Assembly (NCBI GenBank): GCA_964350435.1
Contig: CAYGJS010000003.1
Coordinates: 39,168-103,167, forward strand
Source of the DNA: an uncultured Micavibrio sp.
GTDB lineage: Bacteria > Pseudomonadota > Alphaproteobacteria > Micavibrionales > Micavibrionaceae
Reading direction: 5' to 3'
Length of the DNA: 64,000 nucleotides
Shown: positions 1-10,539 of the stretch, piece after piece
Layout of the letters: each line of letters starts with the position of its first letter
Numbering within the stretch: position 1 is the stretch's first letter
The notes under the pieces: generated by a model
What the model saw: only the letters and a program-made list of their open reading frames with translations
Database searches by the model: none
Told to the model about the DNA's origin: nothing
Made by a program: the position numbers and the translations under genes

Positions 1-1058
1 AGCTCCATTGCCAGTTCAAGGCGGTCATCTTTAACGCCAAGGTCAGCGAGCACGTCATGGCAGGCTTTTTTCAATACGCCGGCGCGGGGGTCAAAGTTTT
101 TGTATACACGGTGACCGAAGCCCATAAGGCGGAACGGATCGTCTTTGTCTTTGGCGCGGGCAATGAATTCTGGGATATTGTCTTTGTGTCCGATTTCATC
201 CAGCATTTCGAGAACAGCCTGGTTCGCGCCGCCATGGGCCGGTCCCCAAAGACAGGCAATACCAGAAGCAATACAAGCAAACGGATTGGCTTGAGATGAT
301 CCAGCAAGGCGGACGGTCGAAGTTGACGCGTTTTGTTCGTGGTCGGCGTGCAGGATGAGGATTTTATCCATCGCATCCGCCAGAACAGGGTTGTTTTTGT
401 ATGGTTCTGCGGGGACACCAAAACACATATACAGGAAGTTTTCAGAGAAGCTGAGGTCGTTGCGGGGATACATAAAGGGCTGGCCTTGCGCGTATTTCAT
501 GGTCATGGCGGCAAGGGTTGGAATTTTTGCGATTAGGCGGTGTGCGGAGAGTTCTCTTTGTTCAGGATCCCAAATGTCCAGTGAGTCATGATAGAACGCG
601 GACAGCCCGCCCACAACACCGCACATAATCGCCATGGGGTGAGCGTCTCTGCGGAAACCGCGGAAGAAGAAGTGGAGCTGTTCGTGTACCATGGTGTGGT
701 ATGTGATCGCTTTTTGAAAGTCTTCAAATTCTTTTTTCTTTGGCAGGTCGCCGTTGAGCAGCAGGTAACATACTTCCAGAAAAGTACTTTTCGCGGCCAA
801 ATCTTCGATGGTATAGCCGCGATGTAAAAGAATGCCTTCATCGCCGTCAATGTAGGTCAGGCGAGATTTACAGCTGCCCGTGGCGGTAAAGCTGGGGTCG
901 AAGGTGAAGTGGCCTGTTTCGGCGTAAAGGCTGCGGATGTCCAGAACATCGGGGCCACATGTACCGCTGAGAACCGGTAGTTTTATACTTTTGCCTGTTG
1001 CGTCATCGGTCAGAGTGAAGGTTTTTTCTACTGCTTTTTTTTCTGCTTTTTTGGCCAT
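1..1058 (-). CDS. gltA: citrate synthase (N-terminal ~350 aa; C-terminus runs off the left window edge)
   Basis: Reverse-complement from ATG at 1058 reads [53 protein letters not shown]. The rc of ~330-360 reads [10 protein letters not shown], a citrate synthase signature. It is missing from the ORF track because no stop lies in the window. Confidence 0.85.
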   Translation of the reverse strand, partial: MAKKAEKKAVEKTFTLTDDATGKSIKLPVLSGTCGPDVLDIRSLYAETGHFTFDPSFTATGSCKSRLTYIDGDEGILLHRGYTIEDLAAKSTFLEVCYLLLNGDLPKKKEFEDFQKAITYHTMVHEQLHFFFRGFRRDAHPMAIMCGVVGGLSAFYHDSLDIWDPEQRELSAHRLIAKIPTLAAMTMKYAQGQPFMYPRNDLSFSENFLYMCFGVPAEPYKNNPVLADAMDKILILHADHEQNASTSTVRLAGSSQANPFACIASGIACLWGPAHGGANQAVLEMLDEIGHKDNIPEFIARAKDKDDPFRLMGFGHRVYKNFDPRAGVLKKACHDVLADLGVKDDRLELAME

Positions 1059-1181
1059 GGATAGTCCCCGTGCGTTAAGTCGTGTTTGGCGATGTAAATT
1101 TACAGTGCCGCAGGACGCGGCGAGATATTTATGAGATTGAGTCTACTCTAAATTTCAAATCATTCAAGGGGGAGAGGGATT

Positions 1182-2570
1182 TTATGTTTGTTCCAAGGCC
1201 GAGCGAATGCGGGCGCATGTTTCGTCTTTGCCGAGGATTTCTGCGGCGTGGAAGATGGAGGGCGATATGGTTGTTCCTGTCAAGGCAGCGCGCAGCGGCA
1301 TGGCGACCTTGCCGAGTTTGCCGTCCATAGAATTATCGGCCACGGCCTTGCAGGTATTTTGGATGTTTTCTGACGTGAAGTCTGTGAGGGTTTCGAGCGC
1401 ATCCAGAAGTTTTTGCAGGATATCGTGATCCAAAAGACCCTTGGCTTTTTCGTCAAAATTAAGCGGGAGTGTTTTGGCAAAAAATACTGATTCATCAGTA
1501 AATTGGAGCAGTGTCTTAGCGCGTGACTTTAATTCATCGGCGCAGGAAATGATCCGCTTTTGAGCATCATCTGACACGGTGATGCCGTGGCGCGTGTCAT
1601 AAAAAGATTTGCAAAGATCAATCAAACGCTTGGGGTCGGCTTCATTAATGTAATGGGCGTTGATGCTTTCAAGTTTGGCAAAGTCGAATTTGGCGGCGGC
1701 TTTGCCGATATGCTCCAGATCAAACCATGCGATGGCTTGGTCGGTGGTGATAATTTCGTCGTCGCCGTGGCTCCAGCCCAGTCGCAGGAGGTAATTGCGC
1801 ATGGCTTCGGGCAGATAGCCCATATCGCGGTATTCTTCAACGCTTGCCGCACCGTGACGTTTTGACATTTTCGTGCCGTCGGGGCCGAGGATGAGGGGGA
1901 GGTGTGCGTATTCCGGCTTCGTCCACGCAAGTGCGTCATAGATGATGTTTTGGCGGAAGGCGTTGTTGAGGTGGTCGTCGCCGCGGATAACGTGGGTCAC
2001 GCCCATGTCGTGGTCGTCGACTACGACGGAGAGCATATAGGTGGGCGTGCCATCGGAGCGCAGAAGCACGAAATCATCCAGTTCGGCATTTTGCACGCGG
2101 ACATCACCTTGGACATGGTCTGTGAGCGTGGTTTCGCCGTCGGTGGGGGCAATGATACGGATAGTGAAGTCTTCTTTTTGGCTGGGAGTAAAATTTGCCT
2201 CCAGTTCAGCGCGGCGCGGCAATTTGAAACCGCCATTGTCCTTTTTGATTTTATCCAATTCTTCGGCGGTGAAATAACATTTCCAGGCTTTGCCTGCGTC
2301 CAGCAGTTCATTGGCGATTTCGGCGTGGCGGGCGCGCTGTTCGTATTGTGTAACAATTTCTCCGTCCCAATCGAGCTCCAGCCATTTCATGGATTTGACG
2401 AGCGCGGTCACGGCTTCTTCTGAATGTCTTGCGCGGTCGGTGTCTTCGATACGGAACAGCATTTTGCCGCCGTGACGCTTTGCGTAGAGCCAGTTAAATA
2501 GCGCGGTGCGCGCAGTGCCGATATGCATAAAGCCGGTGGGCGAGGGCGGGAAGCGGGTGACGATTGTCAT
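1182..2570 (-). CDS. gltX: glutamate--tRNA ligase
   Basis: 462 aa ORF. Class I HIGH-type motif (PSPTGFMHIGTART) and KMSKR motif (TKMSKRHGA). Confidence 0.95.
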   Translation of the reverse strand: MTIVTRFPPSPTGFMHIGTARTALFNWLYAKRHGGKMLFRIEDTDRARHSEEAVTALVKSMKWLELDWDGEIVTQYEQRARHAEIANELLDAGKAWKCYFTAEELDKIKKDNGGFKLPRRAELEANFTPSQKEDFTIRIIAPTDGETTLTDHVQGDVRVQNAELDDFVLLRSDGTPTYMLSVVVDDHDMGVTHVIRGDDHLNNAFRQNIIYDALAWTKPEYAHLPLILGPDGTKMSKRHGAASVEEYRDMGYLPEAMRNYLLRLGWSHGDDEIITTDQAIAWFDLEHIGKAAAKFDFAKLESINAHYINEADPKRLIDLCKSFYDTRHGITVSDDAQKRIISCADELKSRAKTLLQFTDESVFFAKTLPLNFDEKAKGLLDHDILQKLLDALETLTDFTSENIQNTCKAVADNSMDGKLGKVAMPLRAALTGTTISPSIFHAAEILGKDETCARIRSALEQT

Positions 2571-2635
2571 GTTTTGAAATTCTCTTTGATTTTAAGGCTT
2601 TTAACGCTTTCAGAAATAGTATTGATTTGGACGTT

Positions 2636-4744
2636 ATGCAAGAGCTTATCCGATCTCGAATATACAGCGTGCTCGCGGAAAACAGGACGCAGATTTTTTT
2701 GCTGACCCCTGTGTTTATGGGTATGGGGATTGCGGTTTATTTTTCACTGCGGTTTGAGCCGCCCTTTTATTTGGGCGCGGGTTTGGCGGCGTTGTGCCTC
2801 GTTGGCGTGTGGTTAACGCGCTCGCGTGATGCTTTGCGGATTGCGGTTTTGTTTTTGCTGTGCGGGTCTTTGGGGTTCATGGCGGCGCAAATAAGAACCA
2901 GCTTGATGCACTCACCAATTTTGGAGCGTGAGATTAAGACGACCGGGCTTGAAGGTCTTATTTTAGAGGTTGAAAATCTGGGGCTGGAGCAGGGGCAGCG
3001 GATTGTGCTTGGGGATTTGAGCATTGAGCGGCTTGCGCCAGAAGATACGCCGCGCCGCATCCGCATTAAAATTCGCAAGGATCAGGATTTGCAAACGGGG
3101 CAGCGGGTGAGTGTTTTGGCGGGGCTTAATCCGCCTGCGCCGCCGGCTTATCCTGGGGGCTTTGATTTTCAGCGTTATATGTATTTTAAGGGAATTGGCG
3201 CGATTGGTTTTAGTTATGGCAGGGTGGAGGTGCTTGAACCTGCCCGGCTTTCCGGCTTTGCGATGCGGGTAGAGGGGCTGCGTGCGCATGTGGGCGAGCG
3301 TATTTTACAAGTTTTGGTTCCGGAGCAGGCGGGCGTTTCAGCGGCTTTGATCGTCGGGCAGCGCGGCGCGATATCGGAAGAGGATCAGGAGGCGATGCGC
3401 GCTTCGGGTCTTGCGCATATGCTGGCGATTTCGGGTTTGCATATCGGATTGTTTTCGGGGGTGGTGTTTTTCTTTTTGCGGCTTTTATTGGTGAGCGTTC
3501 CTTACTGCGCGTTGAACTGGCCGGTGAAGAAGATTGCGGCTTTGGCGGGAATTGCGGCGGCGGTGTTTTATATGGTGCTGGCGGGTTCGACTATTCCCAC
3601 CCAGCGGGCGACGCTTATGAGCGGGATTGTGCTGTTTGCGATATTGCTTGATCGCACGCCGCTGTCCATGCGTTTGGTGGCCTTTGCGGCGGTATGTGTT
3701 TTGGCGATTGCGCCGGAAAGTTTGATGTCGCCGAGCTTTCAGATGTCGTTTTCTGCCGTGGCAGGATTGGTTGCGTTTTATGAATGGGCGGCGCCTTGGC
3801 TTCGGGCGCAATATCGGCAGAGCGGGGTTTTGAGGCGGGTGGGTTTATATGTAGCAGGGGTTTTTGCAACCACCGTGATTGCGACATTTGCGACTGCGCC
3901 GTTTGCGCTGTTTCATTTTCAGCAGCTCGCGCTGTATGGGGTGCTGGCGAATATTTTGGCGATGCCTGTGCTGACCTTTATTGTGATGCCGCTGTGTGTT
4001 TTGGCCTATGCGTTGATGCCGTTTGGGCTTGAGGGCTGGGTGCTGCCGATTATTGGGCATGGTGTGGATTTGATTTTGAAGATTGCGCATTTTGTGGCGG
4101 GGCTGGAGCATGCTTCGCTTAAGCCTGCGGCCTTGTCATTCGCTGCGTTTATGTTTTTTGTGGGCGGGGTGTTGGTGCTTGTTTTGCTTCGCGGCTTTGC
4201 GCGGGGGCTTAGTCTTGGGTTTTTTGTGGCGGCAGGCCTCGCGCTTTTGGTTCAGGTTCAGTCCATTATGCTGATTTCCTCTGATCTGAATTTGGTGGCG
4301 TATCGGGACAGAGGCGGCGCATTTTATGTGACGAATACGCGAAAGGATAAATTTACGCGCGGAATTTGGGAGCGGCGGTTTGGGCTGGAGGAAGGAGCAG
4401 GGGTTTTGTGGCCGAAAGAGGGGCAGGCGGGGGATGCGGCGTGCGGCGAGGGTGGTTGCCGCATTGAGACGCCTGAGTATAAGATTTCAGTGATCGAGCA
4501 AGAGCAAGCTTTGGCCGAGGAATGCGGCTGGGCGGATTTGGTGATTGTTCGAAAGGGGTATGATTTGAAGTGCGGCGATCAGGATAGCCCAAAGGTGATT
4601 GATCGTAAAAACGCCAAAGCCGAGGGGCCGTTCGGGGTTTATATTGGTGGTCCTTTGACGCTTCGATCTGTGCAAGCAGAGCGCGGCGTGCGTCCTTGGG
4701 TGGCGGGCACGGCGCGGTTTAATGGTAAGAGCGCATCAGACTGA
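2636..4744 (+). CDS. comEC: ComEC/Rec2 family competence (DNA internalization) membrane protein
   Basis: Long polytopic membrane ORF (track 2564..4744). ComEC core pattern [16 protein letters not shown]. The ATG at 2636 is preferred over the TTG at 2564, which overlaps the gltX start. Confidence 0.8.
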   Translation: MQELIRSRIYSVLAENRTQIFLLTPVFMGMGIAVYFSLRFEPPFYLGAGLAALCLVGVWLTRSRDALRIAVLFLLCGSLGFMAAQIRTSLMHSPILEREIKTTGLEGLILEVENLGLEQGQRIVLGDLSIERLAPEDTPRRIRIKIRKDQDLQTGQRVSVLAGLNPPAPPAYPGGFDFQRYMYFKGIGAIGFSYGRVEVLEPARLSGFAMRVEGLRAHVGERILQVLVPEQAGVSAALIVGQRGAISEEDQEAMRASGLAHMLAISGLHIGLFSGVVFFFLRLLLVSVPYCALNWPVKKIAALAGIAAAVFYMVLAGSTIPTQRATLMSGIVLFAILLDRTPLSMRLVAFAAVCVLAIAPESLMSPSFQMSFSAVAGLVAFYEWAAPWLRAQYRQSGVLRRVGLYVAGVFATTVIATFATAPFALFHFQQLALYGVLANILAMPVLTFIVMPLCVLAYALMPFGLEGWVLPIIGHGVDLILKIAHFVAGLEHASLKPAALSFAAFMFFVGGVLVLVLLRGFARGLSLGFFVAAGLALLVQVQSIMLISSDLNLVAYRDRGGAFYVTNTRKDKFTRGIWERRFGLEEGAGVLWPKEGQAGDAACGEGGCRIETPEYKISVIEQEQALAEECGWADLVIVRKGYDLKCGDQDSPKVIDRKNAKAEGPFGVYIGGPLTLRSVQAERGVRPWVAGTARFNGKSASD

Positions 4745-5378
4745 CCAGCTTGCCTTGAATTTTTACGCGGTGCGGCTCAAGGATTTGCGGTTCATAGGCC
4801 TGGTTTTCAGGCTCCAGTACGATTTTGTTTCCCGCGCGGCGCAGGCGTTTCAAAGTGGCTTCCTCGCCATCAATCAAAGCCACAACAATTTCGCCGTTAT
4901 TGGCGGTGTCGCATTGTTTGATAATCACGGTATCGCCGCTATGGATTCCGGCGTCGATCATGGAATCCCCTTCGATGGTGAGGGCGTAATGCTCACCAGA
5001 GCCGATCATGTCAGGCGGAATAGTGAGCATATCACCATTGCCTTCGAGGGCTTCGATAGGCGAGCCAGCAGCGATTTTGCCGTGCATCGGGATTTCCTGC
5101 ATGGCGCTGGCGATGGAGGCCATGACAGCCGCATTTGTATTTGCGGGCGGGGCGGCGTTAAAACCATCGGGCAGGCGTTTGATTTCCAAAGCGCGGGCGC
5201 GATGCGGCAGGCGTTCGATATAGCCGCGTTCTTCGAGGCCGCTGATGAGGCGGTGAATTCCGGATTTTGATTTTAACCCGAGAGCGTCTTTCATTTCCTC
5301 GAAAGACGGGGGGACGTCATCTTCGGATAGACGTTCATGGATAAACAGCAAAAGGTCGCGTTGTTTGCGCGTCAGCAT
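4719..5378 (-). CDS. lexA: LexA repressor
   Basis: 219 aa. N-terminal winged HTH ([17 protein letters not shown]), S24 peptidase domain with GDSM...K pattern, and an SOS box upstream. Confidence 0.95.
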   Translation of the reverse strand: MLTRKQRDLLLFIHERLSEDDVPPSFEEMKDALGLKSKSGIHRLISGLEERGYIERLPHRARALEIKRLPDGFNAAPPANTNAAVMASIASAMQEIPMHGKIAAGSPIEALEGNGDMLTIPPDMIGSGEHYALTIEGDSMIDAGIHSGDTVIIKQCDTANNGEIVVALIDGEEATLKRLRRAGNKIVLEPENQAYEPQILEPHRVKIQGKLVSLMRSYH

Positions 5379-5433
5379 TGTTCTTGTCCTCTTCGTAGAA
5401 ATGCGGGCGAATGTAGAAGTATTTACACTCTTT

Positions 5434-5448
5434 GTTCTACTTTAGTTC
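5434..5448 (-). promoter_or_regulatory. alphaproteobacterial-type SOS (LexA) box GTTC-N7-GTTC upstream of lexA
   Basis: GTTCTACTTTAGTTC lies 56-70 nt upstream of the lexA ATG. A degenerate second copy, GTTCTTGTCCTCTTC (5380-5394), abuts the start codon. Confidence 0.65.
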
Positions 5449-6230
5449 GCTTTTTGTGTCAAGAGGGCGGTTGTCGCGGCCTCGATGTTCTCCTGACGCA
5501 TCAGGCTCTCGCCGACCAGAAAACCTTTATAGCCTTGGCTGTTCAGCTTTTGAATTGTGCCCGCTTCCGCTATGCCGCTTTCGGCAATTTTTACAACATT
5601 GGACGGAATCAATTTCAGTAAATCGAATGAGGTTTGAATATCGACACTCAGGGTTTTGAGGTTGCGATTATTCACGCCGATCATTTTTGGATTTAGGCGC
5701 GCGGCGCGCTCCAGTTCGCTTGCGTTATGCACTTCGATGAGGGCATCCATGCCGAGGTTTTCGGATAAATCATAAAGTTCCTTTGCCAGCGAATCATCCA
5801 GCGCGGCCATGATAATCAGGATGCAGTCTGCACCCATCGCCCGGGATTCATAAATCTGATAGGGGTCGATCATGAAATCTTTGCGGAGCATCGGCAGGTC
5901 TATGGCATTTCTGACGGTGGTAAAAATTTCGTCTGAGCCTTGAAAATAGGGAGCGTCAGTGAGTACAGACAGGCACGTTGCGCCGCCGCTCTTATAGCTT
6001 TTCGCGATTTCAGCGGGGTTAAAATCTTCGCGGATAATGCCTTTGCTGGGGGAGGCTTTTTTGACCTCGGCAATCAGGGCGGGGCCAGAGGCGTTTTGCA
6101 ATGCCTTGATGAATCCTTTGGGCGCGGGCGCGGAATGTATGCGCGCTTGTATGTCTTCCAGCGAGGTTTTGGATTTTTGCGCTTCAACATGGAGTCGTTT
6201 TTTATCGCAGATTTCATGCAGGACGCTCAT
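5442..6230 (-). CDS. trpC: indole-3-glycerol phosphate synthase
   Basis: 262 aa. IAEVKKASPSKG and TIM-barrel IGPS pattern. Sits in a trpG-trpD-trpC row. Confidence 0.93.
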   Translation of the reverse strand: MSVLHEICDKKRLHVEAQKSKTSLEDIQARIHSAPAPKGFIKALQNASGPALIAEVKKASPSKGIIREDFNPAEIAKSYKSGGATCLSVLTDAPYFQGSDEIFTTVRNAIDLPMLRKDFMIDPYQIYESRAMGADCILIIMAALDDSLAKELYDLSENLGMDALIEVHNASELERAARLNPKMIGVNNRNLKTLSVDIQTSFDLLKLIPSNVVKIAESGIAEAGTIQKLNSQGYKGFLVGESLMRQENIEAATTALLTQKAN

Positions 6231-6235
6231 GGGGT

Positions 6236-7243
6236 TTATGTGTGGCTCCGTGATAGTGCAATGTAATCGCTTAAAGTGTCATAGGCCAAGCCATTATCAA
6301 GGGACTCTTCGGCTTTTTCTACACCCTCTATTAAGTTTTCGGTTTTGCCTGCAATGACTAAAACGGCGGCAGTGTTGGCGATTGCGATGTTGCGATAGGC
6401 ACATTTCTGGCCTTCGAGGATGGCGCGCAGGGCGTTGGCGTTGTCATCTGCATCTCCGCCGATCAGTTTTTCGAGCGGGTTTGTTTCAAGCCCAAAATCT
6501 TTGGGCGAGAGGGTTTTTTCTTTGATCTGTCCTTCGTCGTCCAGCATGGCTATGCTTGTCTCTCCAGTAGTGGTGATTTCATCAAGGCCGTCTGCGCCGT
6601 GCACGACCCATGCGCGTTTGGTGCCCAGATTCTTGAGGGTTTCTGCCATGGGCTTCACCCATTTTTTGTCATAAACGCCGATGAGTTGGAAGCGCGTCCC
6701 GGCAGGATTTGCGAGCGGGCCAAGCAGGTTGAAGATTGTCCGTGTTCCGAGTTTTTTGCGAACGGGGACGACGTGCTTCATGGCTTGGTGGTGATGCGGG
6801 GCCATGAGGAATGCGAAGTGCAGGGTTTTAAGGGCTTCTTCGAGGGCTTCTTGTGGCATGTCCAAATTTACGCCCATGACTTCCAGAACATCGGCTGCGC
6901 CGGATTGAGAGCTGGAGGCGCGGTTGCCGTGTTTGGCGACCGGCACGCCGCATGAGGCGGCAATCAGGGCGACGGCGGTGGAGACATTATATGTGCCGCT
7001 TTGGTCGCCGCCTGTGCCGCAACAATCTACGGCTTCGTATGGGGCTTTGATGGTGGTGGCTTTTTGGCGCATAATGATTGCTGCGCCTGTAAGTTCGTCC
7101 ACGGTTTCGCCTCTGGCGGCGAGAGTGGTGAGGAAGCCTGCAAGTTCGTCTTCGCTGACTTGTCCTTCCATGATCAGTGTCATGGCTTCGCTCATTTGTG
7201 CCTGGGTTAGCGGGGTTTTCGCATCTGGAAGGATTGAGGTCAT
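6236..7243 (-). CDS. trpD: anthranilate phosphoribosyltransferase
   Basis: 335 aa. CGTGGDQSGTYNVST and NLLGPLANP motifs. Confidence 0.95.
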   Translation of the reverse strand: MTSILPDAKTPLTQAQMSEAMTLIMEGQVSEDELAGFLTTLAARGETVDELTGAAIIMRQKATTIKAPYEAVDCCGTGGDQSGTYNVSTAVALIAASCGVPVAKHGNRASSSQSGAADVLEVMGVNLDMPQEALEEALKTLHFAFLMAPHHHQAMKHVVPVRKKLGTRTIFNLLGPLANPAGTRFQLIGVYDKKWVKPMAETLKNLGTKRAWVVHGADGLDEITTTGETSIAMLDDEGQIKEKTLSPKDFGLETNPLEKLIGGDADDNANALRAILEGQKCAYRNIAIANTAAVLVIAGKTENLIEGVEKAEESLDNGLAYDTLSDYIALSRSHT

Positions 7244-7803
7244 AATATATCCGTAAAGTTTTTCAGCATCTCGTGGCCATGTTCGGTTGCGATGCTTTCG
7301 GGGTGGAATTGGACGCCGTGGATCGGCCTGGTTTTATGGGTAAGACCCATGATGATATCGCCGCAGGTTGCCGTGATTTCGAGTTCATCAGGCAGGCTCT
7401 CGCTTTCGACGATCAGCGAGTGATAGCGCGTGACATCGAGGGGTGAGGGCAGGTCTTTAAACACGCTGTTATTGTCGTGGGTTACGGGGCTGATTTTACC
7501 GTGTTTGGGCGTTGTTTTAATAATTTTGCCGCCAAAGGCCTGACCTATGGTTTGATGGCCGAGGCATACGCCGAAAAGCGGGATGTCGTTTGCGGCGGCT
7601 TCTTTGACCAATTCGAGGCAAATGCCGGCATGATCGGGGTCGCTTGGACCGGGCGATATCATGATGCCTTTGGGCGTGCGTTTGAGGACGTCAGCCACAG
7701 TAATCTTGTCGTTTCGGTACACTTCACACGGGGTATTTAAATCCCCTAAATACTGCACCAGATTATACGTGAAGCTGTCATAGTTATCGATAAGTACGAT
7801 CAT
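7240..7803 (-). CDS. trpG: anthranilate synthase component II / aminodeoxychorismate synthase glutamine amidotransferase
   Basis: Track ORF 7240..7839. The ATG at 7803 gives MIVLIDNYDSFTYNL. Class I GATase motifs GVCLGHQ and HPES. ATGA overlap with trpD. Confidence 0.9.
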   Translation of the reverse strand: MIVLIDNYDSFTYNLVQYLGDLNTPCEVYRNDKITVADVLKRTPKGIMISPGPSDPDHAGICLELVKEAAANDIPLFGVCLGHQTIGQAFGGKIIKTTPKHGKISPVTHDNNSVFKDLPSPLDVTRYHSLIVESESLPDELEITATCGDIIMGLTHKTRPIHGVQFHPESIATEHGHEMLKNFTDIL

Positions 7804-7890
7804 AGGCGGTTTATGCCTCAATATGGGTTTAAAAAGCAAGGGAAAAGACGGATCGTTTTGGTGGCAAAAGGTAAAGGCTTGCGGTAGGCT

Positions 7891-9114
7891 TTGTTTGTGA
7901 AAAATATCAAGATGATAAAAGAGATTCTGTTTTTTGGAGCGATGGCCATTATGGCGATGGGGCTAGGGTATTTTGTGTATGAGGGCGGCTTTGTGGTTTC
8001 GCAAACGTCTGAAGTCAGACCTCAAACGGTTAACGTTCCCACGATTGCATATATAGAACGTGAAGACACTAAGCCTGTTGTATATTCACAAGACGAATGG
8101 GACGCGATTGAAGACGCGTTTGAAAGTGGTTATGACGCGCCTTATGTTGATTATGAGGGGCCGGCTGATGAGCCAGTTTCTGTTATTCCTGAAACCTTGC
8201 CTGAAGTAGCGCCAGAGTCAGAGGTTAAAGCTAATCTTCCGTCACCGGAGCCGTTTGTGCTGCCTGACGGTTCGAAGCCCAAGATCGCGATTATCATTGA
8301 TGATATGGGGATGAATCGTAAGAACGGTTTTGAGTTGGTGGGGATGGATTATCCTTTGACTTTTGCGTTTTTGCCTTATGCGCCGAAACTGTCCGAGATG
8401 ACGGAGGTGGCGCAGCAGAATGGACATGAGCTTATGATCCATATGCCGATGGAGGCGATGAGCAGTGATCAAAGTCTGGGGGGGATTGCGCTGCGTGGTT
8501 CTATGGGCGCAGAGGATTTGAAGGGGCAGCTTTACCAGGCGTTTGCGTCTTTTGAGGGGTATGTCGGGATGAATAACCATATGGGGAGCCGTTTGACACA
8601 GGATCCTGCGGCGATGCAGGTGGTGATGGATGCGCTTAAGGATAAGGATCTGTATTTTGTGGATTCTAAAACGATTGGGTCTTCGGTTGCGGGGCGCGTG
8701 GCTTGGGCTTCGGGTTTACGCATGGCAGAGCGCGATGTTTTTCTCGATCATGAAGATAATATTGATTTTGTAAGAAATGCGCTGCGTAAGGTTGAAAATG
8801 CGGCCAAGCAAAAGGGCTATGCGATTGCGATTGGCCATCCGAAATCACCGACGATTCAGGGGCTTAAAGAGTGGCTTCCGACTCTGGAGGCGAAGGGTTT
8901 TGAGGTTGTGAAGGCCAGTGCTTTGGTGCGGCGGGCGGAAGGCGGCGTTATTAGCGCCCCCAAGGAGGATGAGGTTGAGATGATTAATCCGCTTGATATT
9001 TTGGAGACGTCGCGCGCGGCTGATCCGCTTGTGATTAACCCTGCGCCTTTGAATGGTTTTCGTGTTCATTCTGATCTTGCGCCTGATCTATCGTCAATTC
9101 CGCTGCCCGAATAA
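7891..9114 (+). CDS. divergent polysaccharide deacetylase (YibQ-like) family protein with N-terminal TM anchor
   Basis: 407 aa. PKIAIIIDDMGMN...PLTFAFLPYAP...ELMIHMPME...GMNNHMGS pattern. The start is uncertain (TTG 7891 or ATG 7912). Confidence 0.75.
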   Translation: MFVKNIKMIKEILFFGAMAIMAMGLGYFVYEGGFVVSQTSEVRPQTVNVPTIAYIEREDTKPVVYSQDEWDAIEDAFESGYDAPYVDYEGPADEPVSVIPETLPEVAPESEVKANLPSPEPFVLPDGSKPKIAIIIDDMGMNRKNGFELVGMDYPLTFAFLPYAPKLSEMTEVAQQNGHELMIHMPMEAMSSDQSLGGIALRGSMGAEDLKGQLYQAFASFEGYVGMNNHMGSRLTQDPAAMQVVMDALKDKDLYFVDSKTIGSSVAGRVAWASGLRMAERDVFLDHEDNIDFVRNALRKVENAAKQKGYAIAIGHPKSPTIQGLKEWLPTLEAKGFEVVKASALVRRAEGGVISAPKEDEVEMINPLDILETSRAADPLVINPAPLNGFRVHSDLAPDLSSIPLPE

Positions 9115-10537
9115 GGGCTTTTGATTTATTGACGCATTCTTCGTGTTCACTCTGCGGGTCGCTGTCCGCTACGACGCCTGCGCCTGCTTGGATATACATT
9201 TTATTGTCTTTGATCAGCGCGGTGCGGATGCCGATGCAGGTATCGAGCGCGCCGTTGCCGGAAAGATAACCAATGCCGCCGCCGTATATGCCGCGCTTGC
9301 TGACCTCGACTTCATCGATGATTTCCATGGCGCGGACTTTGGGTGCGCCGCTGAGCGTTCCGGCAGGGAAGCCTGCAAACAGGGCATCGACGATATCCAG
9401 ACTGGATTTCAATTTGCCGATGATGTTGGACACGATGTGCATGACATGGGAATAATATTCGATCACAAAGGCTTCGGTGACTTTGACGGTGCCGAATTCA
9501 CAGACGCGGCCGACATCGTTGCGCCCAAGATCGACCAGCATCAGATGCTCGGCGCGTTCTTTTTCATCGGCGAGGAGATCGGCGGCCAGAGCTCTGTCTT
9601 CGGCCTCATTGCTTCCGCGTTTGCGCGTGCCCGCCAAGGCGCGGACGGTCATTTCGCTGTTTCTTACCCGCACCAGAATTTCGGGGCTGGCGCCGACGAC
9701 CTGAAAATCCTCGAAAGCCAGATGGAACATAAAGGGCGAGGGGTTCACGCGGCGCAGCGTGCGATAAAATGCGAATGAGGGCAGATCGAAATCAATCGAA
9801 AATCTTTGGCTGGGCACACCTTGGAAAATGTCACCTTCATAAGTGTAGTCGATGATTTTTTGCACGGCCGCTTTGTACTGGTCTTTCGTCATGTTTGATG
9901 CAACCGAGAGCGGCGCGGTGAGTTTGGTTTTGGGGGAAAGCAGGGCTTTGTCGATGGGGCGTTCAAGCCCCGCTTTGATTTCATTGATTGCCTTTTGCGC
10001 TATATCATAGGCGTCATGCGCCGAGAGGTCGCTATTGCCTGAATGGCTATAAACGGGAGAAACGAGGCAGGCCATTTTTTTGACGCTGTCATACATGATG
10101 AGCTTGGTCGGGCGGATCAGGATGCTGTCGGGGATGTTGAGATCATCGGGGTTTGCATTCGGGATGTTCTCAATAATCCGCACCATATCATAGGCAAGAT
10201 ACCCAAACAGGCCTGATACCGCCATGGGCGGCAGGCCTTCGGGGACGCAATCAATATGACAGCTTTTGAGCGTTGCTTTCAGGGAGTTGAGCGGGGGTTC
10301 ATCCGTGCCTTCAACTTTGCCGTCATCACATTTCCAAATCAGATCAGGTTCCAGGCCGATGATTGAATACCGCCCCAGCGCGACGCCGCCTTCGACGGAT
10401 TCGAGCAAGAAGGCATATGGCGTTTGGCCGCAGAGTTTCAGATATGCGGATACGGGGGTTTCCAGATCACTCGGGATCCATTCCCAGAGAAGCTGGGTTT
10501 TGCCGTCTTTGAAATTTTTCTGAAACGCGGGGTTCAT
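9035..10537 (-). CDS. trpE: anthranilate synthase component I
   Basis: 500 aa with a chorismate-binding domain (GDIFQGVPSQRF, LSGAPKVRAMEII, GIYGGGIGY). Confidence 0.95.
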   Translation of the reverse strand: MNPAFQKNFKDGKTQLLWEWIPSDLETPVSAYLKLCGQTPYAFLLESVEGGVALGRYSIIGLEPDLIWKCDDGKVEGTDEPPLNSLKATLKSCHIDCVPEGLPPMAVSGLFGYLAYDMVRIIENIPNANPDDLNIPDSILIRPTKLIMYDSVKKMACLVSPVYSHSGNSDLSAHDAYDIAQKAINEIKAGLERPIDKALLSPKTKLTAPLSVASNMTKDQYKAAVQKIIDYTYEGDIFQGVPSQRFSIDFDLPSFAFYRTLRRVNPSPFMFHLAFEDFQVVGASPEILVRVRNSEMTVRALAGTRKRGSNEAEDRALAADLLADEKERAEHLMLVDLGRNDVGRVCEFGTVKVTEAFVIEYYSHVMHIVSNIIGKLKSSLDIVDALFAGFPAGTLSGAPKVRAMEIIDEVEVSKRGIYGGGIGYLSGNGALDTCIGIRTALIKDNKMYIQAGAGVVADSDPQSEHEECVNKSKALIRAAELTIDQAQDQNEHENHSKAQG

Positions 10538-10539
10538 AT

